Source: Thiotrichaceae bacterium UBA5859
GTDB taxonomy: Bacteria; Pseudomonadota; Gammaproteobacteria; UBA5859
Direction: 5' to 3'
DNA: 59,934 nucleotides
Assembly: GCA_002432655.1 (NCBI GenBank)
Contig: DJFZ01000006.1
Span: 16,236 to 76,169 of the forward strand
Part shown: positions 9,529 through 20,812 of the stretch, piece after piece
Position numbering within the stretch: the stretch's first letter is position 1
Layout of the letters: each line of letters opens with the position of its first letter
Position numbers and translations under genes: made by a program
The notes under the pieces: model-generated
What the model was told of the DNA's origin: nothing
Databases searched by the model: none
Seen by the model: the letters and a program-made list of their open reading frames with translations, nothing else

Positions 9529-12090
9529 ATGTCTGACCATCGTTACAAAATTGAGGTTCGCGCCAACCTACCCAAAGAACTAAAAGAGCTAGACGATTTA
9601 GCAAATAATCTAATTTATAGTTGGGATCGCCGAGTTCGCCGGGTATTTCGTTATATGGATCCTGAACTTTGGGACAAAAGTAATCATCGTCCGAAAGTAC
9701 TGTTGAAGTGGATTAGCCAATCTAGGTTAGACGAATTGGCTCAAGATCGTAATTTTTATGATGAATTTCAGCACGCTCTAGCGGTACATCGCAGCCATTT
9801 GGCGAAAACCGAGAACCCACATCCCGATATTGCCCGTCGTTTAAAGAAGGATGCCCATCAAATCGCCTATTTTTGTGCCGAGTTCGGATTGCACGAAAGT
9901 CTACCAATCTATTCAGGCGGACTCGGTATTTTGGCGGGCGACCATCTAAAGGCAGCGAGTGAGCTAGGCTTGCCGATGGTGGCGGTTGGGCTCATGTACC
10001 ATCAAGGTTATTTTACTCAATGCGTGGACAGTGAAGGTCGACAACACGCGCGAACCAAAGCTCACCAATTAGATACCTTGCCTATCAAATTGGTGCAGGA
10101 TGCGTCGCAGCAGCCGCTGCGCATCAGTGTCCCTTTCCCCGGAAGAGAGATTAAAGTGCAAATTTGGCAAGCATCGGTAGGACACTTGCCACTCTATCTC
10201 TTGGACACGGATGTAGAAGACAACGATTCTGTAGGACGAGCCATTACCAATCAATTATATGGCGGGGATCACACCACGCGTTTGGCGCAAGAGTGGGTAT
10301 TGGGTTTAGGCGGAGTCAAAGCACTGAGAGCGCTAAATATTACCCCCACAGTCTGGCATATCAACGAAGGCCATGCGGCCTGCTCAATACTTGAGCGTAC
10401 TCGTGAATTGGTTGCCGAAGGTTTAGATTTTGAATCTGCCTTGGAAGCAGTGGCGAACGCCACACTGTTCACGACTCATACCCCTGTACCTGCAGGTCAC
10501 GATATATTTACCAGTGAAGAAATGGCCCGTCAGTTGGAGCCCCTGGCCGCGCAGATGCAGATCCCGGTGAAGCGATTGTTGGCGCTGGGCTCGGCTTCCT
10601 ATTCAGATCACAAATTTAATATGACTTCACTGGGACTACATGGTTCGCGTTTTCATAACGGTGTCAGTCAAATCCATGGTCGTGTCGCATCCCACATGGA
10701 GGCCAGTCACTGGCCGCAAATCCCTGCCGACGAGAATCCCATCACCCATGTGACCAACGGTGTGCATGTGTTAACTTTTCTCGCCAGAGAATGGGCCAAT
10801 CTTTTCGATACTCGCTACCATGGATGGCGAGATAGAGTCACGGACAAACAATACTGGCATATTCATGTAGATAAGATTCCGGATCCCAACTATTGGAATA
10901 TTCGTCAGCTCATCAAAACTGAGATGTTACAGTTTGTGAGCAACGTGTTGCGTAAACAGTATCTGCGCAACTCCGAAGGGGAAGCGAATACAGAACACCT
11001 ACTGATGAACCTCTCTCCCTACAATGCCGATCCACCGATGATTATCGGATTTGCCAGACGCTTCGCTACCTATAAACGTGCGACCCTGATTTTTAAAGAT
11101 CTCGGACGCCTGGCGAGGCTGTTAAACAATCCAGAAGCGCCGGTAGTCCTACTGTTTGCCGGTAAAGCGCATCCGGCAGACCAACCGGGGCAGGAGTTGA
11201 TTCGGCAGATCACTGAAATCTCCAAACAACCGCCTTTTCTAGGAAAGGTGTTCTATATAGAAGATTATGATTTGGCACTGGCCCGTCACTTAGTGGCGGG
11301 TGTAGATGTATGGCTAAACAATCCTGAATATCCACTCGAGGCCTGCGGTACTTCAGGCCAAAAAGCGGGTATCAATGGTGTGCTTAATGTCAGCATTCTG
11401 GATGGTTGGTGGGCAGAAGCATATGACGGGGTAAATGGCTGGGGTATCACCTCTATCCAAAATGCCACGCCTGAGAACAGAGATGCAGCGGAAGCTCAAA
11501 ATCTGATGGGGGTGTTGGAACATGAAGTGATACCGCTCTATTTTGATCGCGATGGAGTGGGCTATTCACGAGAATGGATAAACCGTTCAAAAGCGGCCAT
11601 GGCTTCTATTATTCCGGCCTATAGCGCACATCGAATGCTATTGGATTATTGTCATCAATTTTATATTCCTGCCAGTAATCGACATAAAAAAATGGCTGCG
11701 CACCGGCATCAGACCACAATAGAATTAACCCGTTGGAAACAAAAAATACACGAAGCTTGGTCGAAAATTCATGTGATCCGTTTGCACAATCCTACAGAAC
11801 AGTTAAGCAACAATGAAATCTTCCATCTGCAATTAGAGGTATTCCTAAATGGCTTGTCTGCTGAGGATATTCACATTGAATGTGTTCTTGGATACGAAAC
11901 CCCTACTGTAAAATTCAAAAAATTTGTCTGCTATAAATTAGAATTCTCGAAAACAATCAATGACAATTGCCTGTTCGAGCTGAACATTCCATTAACTGAA
12001 AATGGGTTATTTGACTATGAACTCAGGCTATATCCTTCTCATCCGGCACTGGCGCACCCTTTTGAGATGGGATATATGCTTTGCATATAG
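9529..12090 (+). CDS. glgP: Alpha-glucan (glycogen) phosphorylase, GT35
   Basis: YSGGLG, NEGH, FTTHTP, ARRFATYKRA, GKAHP and the PLP-lysine region EACGTSGQKA. Confidence 0.96.
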   Translation: MSDHRYKIEVRANLPKELKELDDLANNLIYSWDRRVRRVFRYMDPELWDKSNHRPKVLLKWISQSRLDELAQDRNFYDEFQHALAVHRSHLAKTENPHPDIARRLKKDAHQIAYFCAEFGLHESLPIYSGGLGILAGDHLKAASELGLPMVAVGLMYHQGYFTQCVDSEGRQHARTKAHQLDTLPIKLVQDASQQPLRISVPFPGREIKVQIWQASVGHLPLYLLDTDVEDNDSVGRAITNQLYGGDHTTRLAQEWVLGLGGVKALRALNITPTVWHINEGHAACSILERTRELVAEGLDFESALEAVANATLFTTHTPVPAGHDIFTSEEMARQLEPLAAQMQIPVKRLLALGSASYSDHKFNMTSLGLHGSRFHNGVSQIHGRVASHMEASHWPQIPADENPITHVTNGVHVLTFLAREWANLFDTRYHGWRDRVTDKQYWHIHVDKIPDPNYWNIRQLIKTEMLQFVSNVLRKQYLRNSEGEANTEHLLMNLSPYNADPPMIIGFARRFATYKRATLIFKDLGRLARLLNNPEAPVVLLFAGKAHPADQPGQELIRQITEISKQPPFLGKVFYIEDYDLALARHLVAGVDVWLNNPEYPLEACGTSGQKAGINGVLNVSILDGWWAEAYDGVNGWGITSIQNATPENRDAAEAQNLMGVLEHEVIPLYFDRDGVGYSREWINRSKAAMASIIPAYSAHRMLLDYCHQFYIPASNRHKKMAAHRHQTTIELTRWKQKIHEAWSKIHVIRLHNPTEQLSNNEIFHLQLEVFLNGLSAEDIHIECVLGYETPTVKFKKFVCYKLEFSKTINDNCLFELNIPLTENGLFDYELRLYPSHPALAHPFEMGYMLCI

Positions 12091-12110
12091 TGACTACCTG
12101 AATAGTCACT
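12089..12110. terminator. Hairpin between convergent glgP and malQ
   Basis: AGTGACTA-cctgaa-TAGTCACT is a perfect 8-bp inverted repeat at the glgP stop. No clear U-tract. Confidence 0.35.
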
Positions 12111-12179
12111 CAGGAAATACACCTTAACATCTAGTTCACTGACAAGATTGGTGGGAAATACTTGGGGCTAATTAGATTT

Positions 12180-13619
12180 TTAGAGGCGGGCATAACGAGA
12201 CAATAAAGCACGATACTTTTGCGCCAACGGTCCTGTGAGATCGGCTGAAGAGAACTGCCACTGCCAATTATTTTCTATACAGCCAGGTTTGTTCATTCTG
12301 GCCTCACTGCCTAAAGCCAGAATATCTTGCAATGGTAATATCACCAGATTGGCAACAGATCCCAATGCGACACTAATCAAAGTGTCTGGCATCAAGGTGC
12401 AGCTACCGCATAAGTACTCTTTTGCCCTTTCTTTGAGATCCGCATCCGCATCTTGCCACCATCCAACAGTAGTGTTGTTGTCATGGGTACCGGTATAGAC
12501 CACCATATTGGGGCAATGGTAATGAGATAAATGTGGGTTATAACCATCATTATCAAAGGCAAATTGCAGCACGCGCATACCGGGGATCCCCAAAGAGAGA
12601 CGTAGTTGATTGACTTCCTCAGTAATATAACCTAAATCCTCCGCGACTAATCTTTCTACTACCTGTTGACCACCAATGGTGTGAAAAAACTCTATTCCTG
12701 GTCCGGCATACCACTCCCCTCTAGTCGCATCTTTGGAATCCGGCTGCACGCCATACGCGGCTTCGAAACCTCTAAAGTGGTCAATTCGAATTAAATCGAA
12801 AAGGTGTAATTGATAGTGAAGTCGTTGTTGCCACCAATGGTATTGGTTATCTTGCATTTGTGGCCAGTTATAATGTGGCATGTTCCAGAGCTGGCCTGAA
12901 TCGGAAAAACAATCGGGCGGTACTGCCGCAATTCGTGTCATACGACCAGTTGAATCGAGATAAAAATTCTGCCGCCAGCGCCATGTATCCACACTATCAT
13001 GGGCAGCAAAAATAGGCATGTCACCGAACAGCCAAATCCCTTTGTCATTGGCGACTCTTTTTAACGCATGCCACTGCCGCCAAAATAGAAACTGCGTCAA
13101 GCGATGGCGGAACATGTCATCTTCATGTTTCCGTGAAAAGTCTCTCAGTGTGGCCGTATCCCGATCCCGAAACGGCTCTGGCCATTGGTGCCAGGGCAGC
13201 TCAAAATGATCATGGAGAGTTTGAAATAGGACATAATCTTCTAACCAAAATTCGCATTGGCTACTAAAATGATCTAGTTCGTTGACAACTTCTTGGGGCG
13301 CATGCTTGTTAAATCGACTGGCCGCTTCGCGAAGCTGGGTTTCACGGTTTTTAAGATTTTCATCCGTCTCTCTGAGTAATCCCCATTGATAGAGATCTTT
13401 TAATCCCACCATCATCGGATTACCGGCAAACACACTACAAGATTGATAGGGACTACCCACCATATCAGGAGGCACTAGTGGCAATACTTGCCAAACTGTG
13501 AAACCTGCAGTTGCTAAAAAATCAAGCCATTTTATTGCCGGCTCCCCTAGAGAACCCTCCATCACGCTGTAGGGCAAACTGGTGGGATGCAATAAAACGC
13601 CCGCTCTTCTGCGAGACAT
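12180..13619 (-). CDS. malQ: 4-alpha-glucanotransferase (amylomaltase, GH77)
   Basis: GVLLHPTSL, WQVLPL, SPY, RIDHFRGF, AEDLG and YTGTHDN. Start set at MSRRRAG (13619), not the ORF-track start that overlaps GH57. Confidence 0.95.
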   Translation of the reverse strand: MSRRRAGVLLHPTSLPYSVMEGSLGEPAIKWLDFLATAGFTVWQVLPLVPPDMVGSPYQSCSVFAGNPMMVGLKDLYQWGLLRETDENLKNRETQLREAASRFNKHAPQEVVNELDHFSSQCEFWLEDYVLFQTLHDHFELPWHQWPEPFRDRDTATLRDFSRKHEDDMFRHRLTQFLFWRQWHALKRVANDKGIWLFGDMPIFAAHDSVDTWRWRQNFYLDSTGRMTRIAAVPPDCFSDSGQLWNMPHYNWPQMQDNQYHWWQQRLHYQLHLFDLIRIDHFRGFEAAYGVQPDSKDATRGEWYAGPGIEFFHTIGGQQVVERLVAEDLGYITEEVNQLRLSLGIPGMRVLQFAFDNDGYNPHLSHYHCPNMVVYTGTHDNNTTVGWWQDADADLKERAKEYLCGSCTLMPDTLISVALGSVANLVILPLQDILALGSEARMNKPGCIENNWQWQFSSADLTGPLAQKYRALLSRYARL

Positions 13620-13647
13620 GATGAAATTTTTCAAAAAACTTAAGCCC

Positions 13648-15333
13648 CTATTTGGATGGACGCATGGTTTCCACTTTGCCTTGTGCGACACCTTTTGCGA
13701 AACTTCGAGACAAATAATCAGGGGCATGTGCCTTAATCTTTACATATAAGGCAGATAGATGAAGACGGAACAGTCGTTCAAATACTGCTACTGACACTTC
13801 AGGGTTATGATCTCCTAACCACCAAAACCAGTCAGATGCTTCACAATAGGCCAACTGCTGCTCTGCATCTGCAATTTCTTTAGGGGATAGTTTTCCCGAG
13901 GCACAGGCGGTATCGAATGCGGTCTTAGCATCGCACAACATATCCCAAGCGCGGTTTTTGTCTTTGTCCCCTATCCAAGTAGCGAAATTCCCGTACACCC
14001 AACTACCCGCAGATAAGCGATTGAGCGTCGCCTGCGGCTGAGGCACAGTGTTTAAATACTCATCAAAGGTCGTCAGATTGATTTGTGGTTCTTTTACCAG
14101 TGCCTGATACAAAGCAGATAAAAAATAAACGCCATTGTGCGGATAATATTCCCAGGCGTTCTCACCGTCTAGAATAATGGAGACGATACGATGTTCTGTA
14201 TTTTTTTCACAATTGGCTATCTCTTTAATACGGTGAATGAAGTTGGCCACCGCATCATCTGCATGCCAATGCCGATAGACAAAACCGATTTGATCGGATA
14301 ATTCATCGTCCCTAAAAAAACAGGCGGGTGAGCCAGACATGGTATAGGGCACATGCAGTTCCTTGCTTCCGAGCGGTTGATGCGCCAAGCTATTAGCCAG
14401 TACGCCTTGCCCGGAAGCAGTCCATTTAATACCTGCTTCACCAAGGAGCACCAGGGTCTGTGAAGACACCCCCCCTTCCGCTGGCCAGATCCCCTTCGCG
14501 GGTCTATTAAACACACGAGTAAACACCTCCTGTGCTTTCGCGATTTGCCAACGAGCCCGTTGCAATCCTCCAGGATAAGTTGGTGCGCCAGGCAGGGGCG
14601 CTTCTGGCATCGCTTCGCGGGTACAGTTTAAATCTAACAGTAATGGCAAAATGGGGTGGCTATAGGGGGTGGTAGAGAGTTCGATGCGCCCTTCAATGGC
14701 CAGTTGGCTATAGCGAGGGATGATAGAGTTGACCCATTCCGATAACAGTTTGACGAGTCTCAGTCGGTCGTCAATGGTAAAGTTATGGGCCTGCTCCATC
14801 AGCGATTCGACAACACTATTGTGTTGCCTCTCTACTTCAGCCAGCCAAGCGAGGTGATACCAAACTACCAAATCAATTAAAAATTGATCACTGATGTATC
14901 CCAATCCGTTGGGGTGATCGATGACCCACTCGGCCAATTCCACAAGACGCTGGTAGGATGGAAAGCGTTGGATCACATGTTGTTTATCTGCTTGTATGCA
15001 AGCACGTACGATTGACAACCGCTGCTCACCCACACAAGCCTGAACAGGTTGAGCCAATGCGGCCAACAAGGGATCACAAATTTGGTCTTGCCCTTCACTG
15101 GCATGTTGTAATTGTTGTGCATAATCTTCTAACTGCTCTAACAGCACCGGAGTAAAATTCACCACAGCCTTGGCTTCTGGTACCTGTTCAAGATGCGCGA
15201 CCATATCCACATAATCTTTAATGGCGTGCAGATAGGTCCAGGACGCTTGATAACGCCCGCCCACCGGATCCTTATAAGGTGGTTGATGCATGTGCCAACA
15301 GAGCACGACATTGATCGGATTGTTAACGGACAT
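13648..15333 (-). CDS. Glycoside hydrolase family 57 (amylopullulanase/branching-enzyme-like)
   Basis: WHMHQP, HPILPLL, WPAEG, ILDGENAWE and EASDWFWW GH57 conserved regions. Confidence 0.92.
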   Translation of the reverse strand: MSVNNPINVVLCWHMHQPPYKDPVGGRYQASWTYLHAIKDYVDMVAHLEQVPEAKAVVNFTPVLLEQLEDYAQQLQHASEGQDQICDPLLAALAQPVQACVGEQRLSIVRACIQADKQHVIQRFPSYQRLVELAEWVIDHPNGLGYISDQFLIDLVVWYHLAWLAEVERQHNSVVESLMEQAHNFTIDDRLRLVKLLSEWVNSIIPRYSQLAIEGRIELSTTPYSHPILPLLLDLNCTREAMPEAPLPGAPTYPGGLQRARWQIAKAQEVFTRVFNRPAKGIWPAEGGVSSQTLVLLGEAGIKWTASGQGVLANSLAHQPLGSKELHVPYTMSGSPACFFRDDELSDQIGFVYRHWHADDAVANFIHRIKEIANCEKNTEHRIVSIILDGENAWEYYPHNGVYFLSALYQALVKEPQINLTTFDEYLNTVPQPQATLNRLSAGSWVYGNFATWIGDKDKNRAWDMLCDAKTAFDTACASGKLSPKEIADAEQQLAYCEASDWFWWLGDHNPEVSVAVFERLFRLHLSALYVKIKAHAPDYLSRSFAKGVAQGKVETMRPSK

Positions 15334-16621
15334 AAGGCAATTCTTGTGACAACATCTCCGGTGTCACCAGCACCACTTCATTTTCAGTGACATGAAAGCG
15401 CTGTGCATCCAGAGCCAAATCCACACCGATAGAGGTATTATCTGGAATCACACAACCTGTTTCTAAAATGGTTTTTCGGATACAGCAGTGACGCCCGATT
15501 AACGCCTCTGCAAGAATCACGGAGTCATCAATGGTGGTATGTTCAGCGACCAATACATTGGAGAAAAGTAATGAATGGCGAACAGTCGCACCGGAGATAA
15601 TACACCCACCAGAGATCATAGAATCAATTGCGATACCGCGGCGAGATTCTTCATCGAAAACAAACTTCGCCGGTGGCACCTGTTCTTGATAGGTCCAAAT
15701 CGGCCAGGATTTGTCGTAGAGATCCAGTTCTGGCGTCACGCCCACCAGTTCCATATTGGCAGCCCAATAACTATCAACTGTACCCACATCTCGCCAATAG
15801 GGTTGAATATGACGCACTTGATCACGAAATGCGTAGGCAAATACATCATCTTGATTTCGCACCGCCTTTGGCAAAATGTCTTTACCAAAGTCATGACTGG
15901 AGCTGTCATCCTGAGCATCTTTTTCTAGTTCATTGATTAAATAATCGGTGTTAAAAATATAGATGCCCATAGAGGCTAGTGCGTGCGAAGGATTATCCGG
16001 GATTGTGGTGGGCGAAGCAGGCTTTTCGGTAAATTCATAGATTCGATGTGTCGCGTCAACGCTCATGACACCAAATGATCGGGCGGATTCGACAGGCACT
16101 TCAATACAGGCGACAGTGACATCTGCACCATGACTGATGTGCTGCCCCAGCATAGTGCCGTAGTCCATTTTATAAACATGATCGCCACCCAATACCAACA
16201 CGAAGCGCGGTCGGTGCATTTTTATGATGTCGATATTTTGATAAAGCGCATCGGCGGTACCCCGATACCAATCCTCACCACCCCGCTGTTGTGCTGGTAA
16301 GATTTCCACAAACTCGCCCAGTTCTCCCCGTAAAAACCCCCATCCCTGATGTAGATGGCGGATCAGTGAGTGCGCCATATATTGTGTGAGTACCCCCACC
16401 CGCCGGATCCCGGAATTCATACAATTAGAGAGTGGGAAATCGATAATACGATATTTGCCTCCATAGGGAACCGCTGGTTTTGAACGCCGATAAGTGAGAT
16501 CTTCCAAGCGCGATCCGCGACCGCCAGCCAGCACCATAGCCAGGGTATCTTTGGTAGCCAAACTAATAAATCTATCAGAACTTGGATAAGATTTCTGAGC
16601 AGGTTGTTTAGCTTCGTTCAT
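15323..16621 (-). CDS. glgC: Glucose-1-phosphate adenylyltransferase
   Basis: LAGGRGSRL, KPAVP, WYRGTADA, GDHVYKMDY, EKP, ASMGIY, DFGKD and YWRDVGT. Confidence 0.98.
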   Translation of the reverse strand: MNEAKQPAQKSYPSSDRFISLATKDTLAMVLAGGRGSRLEDLTYRRSKPAVPYGGKYRIIDFPLSNCMNSGIRRVGVLTQYMAHSLIRHLHQGWGFLRGELGEFVEILPAQQRGGEDWYRGTADALYQNIDIIKMHRPRFVLVLGGDHVYKMDYGTMLGQHISHGADVTVACIEVPVESARSFGVMSVDATHRIYEFTEKPASPTTIPDNPSHALASMGIYIFNTDYLINELEKDAQDDSSSHDFGKDILPKAVRNQDDVFAYAFRDQVRHIQPYWRDVGTVDSYWAANMELVGVTPELDLYDKSWPIWTYQEQVPPAKFVFDEESRRGIAIDSMISGGCIISGATVRHSLLFSNVLVAEHTTIDDSVILAEALIGRHCCIRKTILETGCVIPDNTSIGVDLALDAQRFHVTENEVVLVTPEMLSQELPYVR

Positions 16622-16753
16622 TAGCTATCAGTCTCAGTTATATTTGATGGGCAATAATACAATTATGTTGCTAAGGCCCCAATGAGAATATTACTATTCT
16701 TATCAACTGCGAACCTACCGAGCCAATATTTAGTCTAAAGTTAATATTATCAA

Positions 16754-16767
16754 TTGATCTAAATCAA
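16754..16767. promoter_or_regulatory. FNR/ANR-type binding site
   Basis: TTGAT-CTAA-ATCAA is a perfect match to TTGAT-N4-ATCAA, in the divergent glgC/glgB intergenic region. Confidence 0.75.
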
Positions 16768-16915
16768 GGAGTCTGAAGCTGCTATTTATCAATCAATTGA
16801 TTCGAGCAATAATAACCTAAATATTGAGGACAAGATTGATTTCTTAGCTGCCATTTATCTTAGCCTCCGATTGGAGTCGCACACTAGCCCTTAATCTTTT
16901 TGTAACAATTGTGGT

Positions 16916-19111
16916 ATGCCCATGAAAACAAAACAGTTGTCTGACCCTATCTTGGATACCAACATGAGGCGGGTGATTAATAGGGAGCATCATGATCCCT
17001 TCGAGGTATTGGGGCTACATCTACAAGCAGGTCACATTCTAGTGCGTGTTCTGTTACCTAACTGTGAAAGCGTGACCATTGATGGTGCAGATACAAAGTT
17101 TCGTCGCTTAGCGGATTCTGATATTTTTGAATGCAACACAGATCCAGGGAACTTGTCCGTTCCTTATCAACTGCGCTGGTGGGATCGTCAGGGACAGGAA
17201 CATCTCTGTTATGATCCTTACTGTTTTCCTCCGCAAATCAGTGAAAAAGATTTACAACAGTTTAATCAGGGCGAACATATTCGCGCCTGGCAGTTTTTAG
17301 GTGCGCATTATCGTGTGGTGGACGGTGTGCAAGGAGTACTTTTTAGTACCTGGGCGCCTAATGCCTCCAGCGTCAGCGTAGTGGGTGATTTTAATCAATG
17401 GGATGGTCGACGACACCCAATGCGTTGTCGCGGCCCCAGTGGCATTTGGGAGCTTTTTCTGCCCGATTGTCACGTCGGTGCCTTATATAAGTTTGAGATT
17501 AAGAATCGCTCTAGCGGTCGGTTGCACACAAAAGCCGATCCTTTTGCCAGGTGTGCCGAGTTGCGTCCGAAAACCGCATCTGTGGTGACGGCACAATCTG
17601 ACTATTTGTGGCAAGACGATCATTGGTACCAACAGGATAAAGATTGGCAACATACTCCGATCTCAATTTATGAGGTCCATTTGGGTTCATGGCGACTTCA
17701 TGAAGACGCTCGCTTTCTCAGCTATCGCGAGCTGGCCCATGAACTTATTCCTCACGTAAAAAAATTGGGATTTACTCATATAGAGTTGCTACCGATCACG
17801 GAACACCCCTTCGATGCTTCCTGGGGTTACCAAGCAACCGGCTTTTTCGCGCCCACCGCCCGTTTCGGTTGTCCCGATGATTTGAGATATTTTGTGGACT
17901 GTTGCCATCAAGCCAATATCGGCGTACTGCTCGACTGGGTTCCCGGTCATTTTCCTAAAGACGATTTTGCTCTCGCAAACTACGATGGTACGGCCCTGTT
18001 TGAACACGAAGATCCCCGCCTACGGGAACATCCTGAATGGGGTACGCTACAGTTTAATTTCGCGCGTCACGAAGTGAAAAGCTTCCTCATTTCCAGCGCC
18101 CTGTACTGGTTAGAGCAGTTTCACTTTGATGGTTTAAGAGTAGATGCTGTAGCCTCAATGCTTTACTTGGACTACGCCAGAGAGGCGCACCAATGGCTAC
18201 CAAATGCCTATGGAGGAAACGAAAATCTTGATGCTGTTTCATTCCTACAACAGTTGAACTATATCACGCATACAGAGTGTCCTCGCAGTGTCACCATCGC
18301 CGAGGAGTCTACGTCTTGGCCTCAGGTAACTCGCCCCACCTACGTGGGTGGCCTTGGTTTTTCCATGAAATGGAATATGGGTTGGATGCATGACACCTTA
18401 GACTATTGTGAACAAGATCCCATCTATCGCCACTACCACCACCAAAGCCTCACCTTCGGTTTGCTCTACGCATATTCCGAAAATTTTATTCTGCCTTTTT
18501 CCCACGACGAAGTGGTGCACGGGAAGGGATCACTGCTGAATAAAATGCCAGGAGACAATTGGCAACAACTGGCTAATTTGCGACTACTGCTCAGCTACCA
18601 GTTTACTTATCCAGGTAAAAAACTGCTGTTTATGGGTACTGAACTGGCCTCCAGAGAGGAATGGAATGAGCGTCAAAGTTTGGACTGGTCCCTAGCATCT
18701 AAACCTAGTCAGGTAGGTCTGCAATTACTCATCTCTGATCTAAATAAGCTATATTGTTCACTGCCCCCGCTACACTACTATGACTTTGATACGAAGGGGT
18801 TCAAATGGATCGATTGCCATGATGCATCACAGTCCATTATTAGTTACTTACGTGAAGCAGAAGGCAACTTTGTGGTAGTCATACTAAACTTTACTCCTGT
18901 TATTCGGGAAGCGTATTGTGTTGGCGTGCCCACTACAGGCCCCTATAGAGAGCTATTGAATTCGGACGCTGCCTGTTATGGCGGTTCGAATGTAGGAAAT
19001 GGGGGCATTATCCAGGCGAAAGAAAAGTCATTCATGGGTTTTCCTTGTCACCTCAGTTTAACTTTGCCTCCCCTAGGCTGCCTGATATTACAAGCACACC
19101 ATGACGATTAA
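16916..19111 (+). CDS. glgB: 1,4-alpha-glucan branching enzyme (GH13)
   Basis: [40 protein letters not shown] and SHDEVVHGK. Confidence 0.98.
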   Translation: MPMKTKQLSDPILDTNMRRVINREHHDPFEVLGLHLQAGHILVRVLLPNCESVTIDGADTKFRRLADSDIFECNTDPGNLSVPYQLRWWDRQGQEHLCYDPYCFPPQISEKDLQQFNQGEHIRAWQFLGAHYRVVDGVQGVLFSTWAPNASSVSVVGDFNQWDGRRHPMRCRGPSGIWELFLPDCHVGALYKFEIKNRSSGRLHTKADPFARCAELRPKTASVVTAQSDYLWQDDHWYQQDKDWQHTPISIYEVHLGSWRLHEDARFLSYRELAHELIPHVKKLGFTHIELLPITEHPFDASWGYQATGFFAPTARFGCPDDLRYFVDCCHQANIGVLLDWVPGHFPKDDFALANYDGTALFEHEDPRLREHPEWGTLQFNFARHEVKSFLISSALYWLEQFHFDGLRVDAVASMLYLDYAREAHQWLPNAYGGNENLDAVSFLQQLNYITHTECPRSVTIAEESTSWPQVTRPTYVGGLGFSMKWNMGWMHDTLDYCEQDPIYRHYHHQSLTFGLLYAYSENFILPFSHDEVVHGKGSLLNKMPGDNWQQLANLRLLLSYQFTYPGKKLLFMGTELASREEWNERQSLDWSLASKPSQVGLQLLISDLNKLYCSLPPLHYYDFDTKGFKWIDCHDASQSIISYLREAEGNFVVVILNFTPVIREAYCVGVPTTGPYRELLNSDAACYGGSNVGNGGIIQAKEKSFMGFPCHLSLTLPPLGCLILQAHHDD

Positions 19112-19153
19112 ACACATACAGTGGATTTTTCACCGTTGCCAAGTGAGGCAACC

Positions 19154-20599
19154 ATGAAAGTGTTATTTGTGGTGAGTGAATTTGCCCCTTGGGTAAAAAC
19201 TGGCGGTCTCGCAGACGTCGCACAAGGGTTACCGCAAGCCTTAACAGAATTAGGTCATGATGTGCGGGTATTACTACCTGCCTATGGCTCTATTCTCGAT
19301 AGATCCTTGAAGATAAAAAAGGTGGATAGGTGGCAAGATGCCACCTCCCCCATTGACTATCAACTGCTGTCTTCTAGCTACGGAGAAGTCAAAGTTTGGT
19401 TGGTTGATACTCCTAGCTTTCGAGCTTTGGAAGGAAACCCCTACCATAATCAGCGGGGTGAAATGCATGCCGACTGTGCGCAGCAGTTTAATCTGTTGAG
19501 CCGGGTTGCCGCCAGTATTGCAGGTGGACAGACTCGAATGCGTTGGCGCCCACAAATAGTGCACTGTAATGATTGGCAATCTGCGCTGACGCCAGTGTGG
19601 ATGTTATTAAAACGGGTCAACGTCGCCAGCCTCTTTACCATTCATAATTTACACTATCAAGGGCGTTTCCCCAGCCAGACGCTTGAATATTTGAATTTAC
19701 CCTGGTGGTTGTACCATGCTGATGCCCTAGAATACCATGGAGATTTGAGCTTCATCAAAGGAGGTTTAGTCTTCGCAGATAAAATAAATACCGTGAGCCC
19801 GACCTATGCAAAAGAAATTTGTACAGCTGCACACGGACAAGGGTTAGATGGCTTATTGCTACACCGACAAGATGACTTGGTGGGTGTTCTAAATGGCATC
19901 GATACCAATATTTGGGATCCGAGCACAGATCCCCTTATTACTGCGACATATTCGGCCAAGGACATGACCGGTAAACAGCAATGTAAAAGCGCTTTGCAAC
20001 AAATATTTTCACTACCTATTGAGTGTGATACGCCTGTATTAGGTCTAATTGCTCGTTTAGTCCCGCAGAAAGGCATCGACATTCTCCTTTCTGCTTTGCC
20101 AGAAATGCTCTCTCAGGGTGTTCAAGTGGTAATTTTAGGTAGTGGTGAATCCTATCTTCAACAACAACTAACTGAGTTAGCGCAACAATATAACAGGCAA
20201 ATGGGGGTGCATATCGGTTTCAGTGAGGAGCTAGCCCACCAGATCGAGGCAGGGGCGGATATTTTTCTGATGCCCTCTCGCTTTGAACCCTGTGGGCTAA
20301 ATCAAATGTACAGCATGCGCTACGGCACCATCCCCATCGTATCTGCCTGTGGTGGACTGATCGATTCGGTGACTGATGTGAATGCGAAATCGTCAAAAGC
20401 CACCGGATTTATAGTGCATGCACTAACACCGACAGCATTGCACCAAAAAACAGCGCAGGCGATAGAAATGTATCATCAAAAAGATAAGTGGCAGCAATTG
20501 GTGCGTCGCGCGATGAAACAGGACTTTAGTTGGAAGCAGGCGGCTAAACAGTACGAAAAACTCTACCAAAACAGCATAAACTCTTTGAAAACTTGGTAG
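19154..20599 (+). CDS. glgA: Glycogen synthase (GT5)
   Basis: KTGGLAD, HCNDWQ, TIHNL and PSRFEPCGL. Start set at MKVLF after a GAGG RBS. Confidence 0.97.
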   Translation: MKVLFVVSEFAPWVKTGGLADVAQGLPQALTELGHDVRVLLPAYGSILDRSLKIKKVDRWQDATSPIDYQLLSSSYGEVKVWLVDTPSFRALEGNPYHNQRGEMHADCAQQFNLLSRVAASIAGGQTRMRWRPQIVHCNDWQSALTPVWMLLKRVNVASLFTIHNLHYQGRFPSQTLEYLNLPWWLYHADALEYHGDLSFIKGGLVFADKINTVSPTYAKEICTAAHGQGLDGLLLHRQDDLVGVLNGIDTNIWDPSTDPLITATYSAKDMTGKQQCKSALQQIFSLPIECDTPVLGLIARLVPQKGIDILLSALPEMLSQGVQVVILGSGESYLQQQLTELAQQYNRQMGVHIGFSEELAHQIEAGADIFLMPSRFEPCGLNQMYSMRYGTIPIVSACGGLIDSVTDVNAKSSKATGFIVHALTPTALHQKTAQAIEMYHQKDKWQQLVRRAMKQDFSWKQAAKQYEKLYQNSINSLKTW

Positions 20600-20694
20600 T
20601 TAGCATTGAGATTGAGTTTTATATAAAGGTAGCTCTTGAATTATAAATTTGTACCCTAAGGTTTGACGATGACTTAGATTTAATTATACATATG

Positions 20695-20711
20695 TTGGCA
20701 AGAATGGTGCT
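20695..20711 (+). promoter_or_regulatory. Putative sigma-54 promoter upstream of the small Cys-rich gene
   Basis: TTGGCAAGAATGGTGCT has exact GG-N10-GC spacing, about 100 nt upstream of ATG 20813. Confidence 0.5.
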
Positions 20712-20812
20712 AAACCCTAATCGCAATTGAGTTGACTCTTAGGAATTGAAGCCATGACGAGAAGGATTCCTTAACGTTTCGGACTAACTCTCTAAATAGA
20801 AGAGATAGACAA

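Noticed and set aside
13620-13727. N-terminal extension of malQ in the ORF track
   Set aside because: It overlaps the GH57 3' end. Family similarity begins at MSRRRAGVLLHPTSL.
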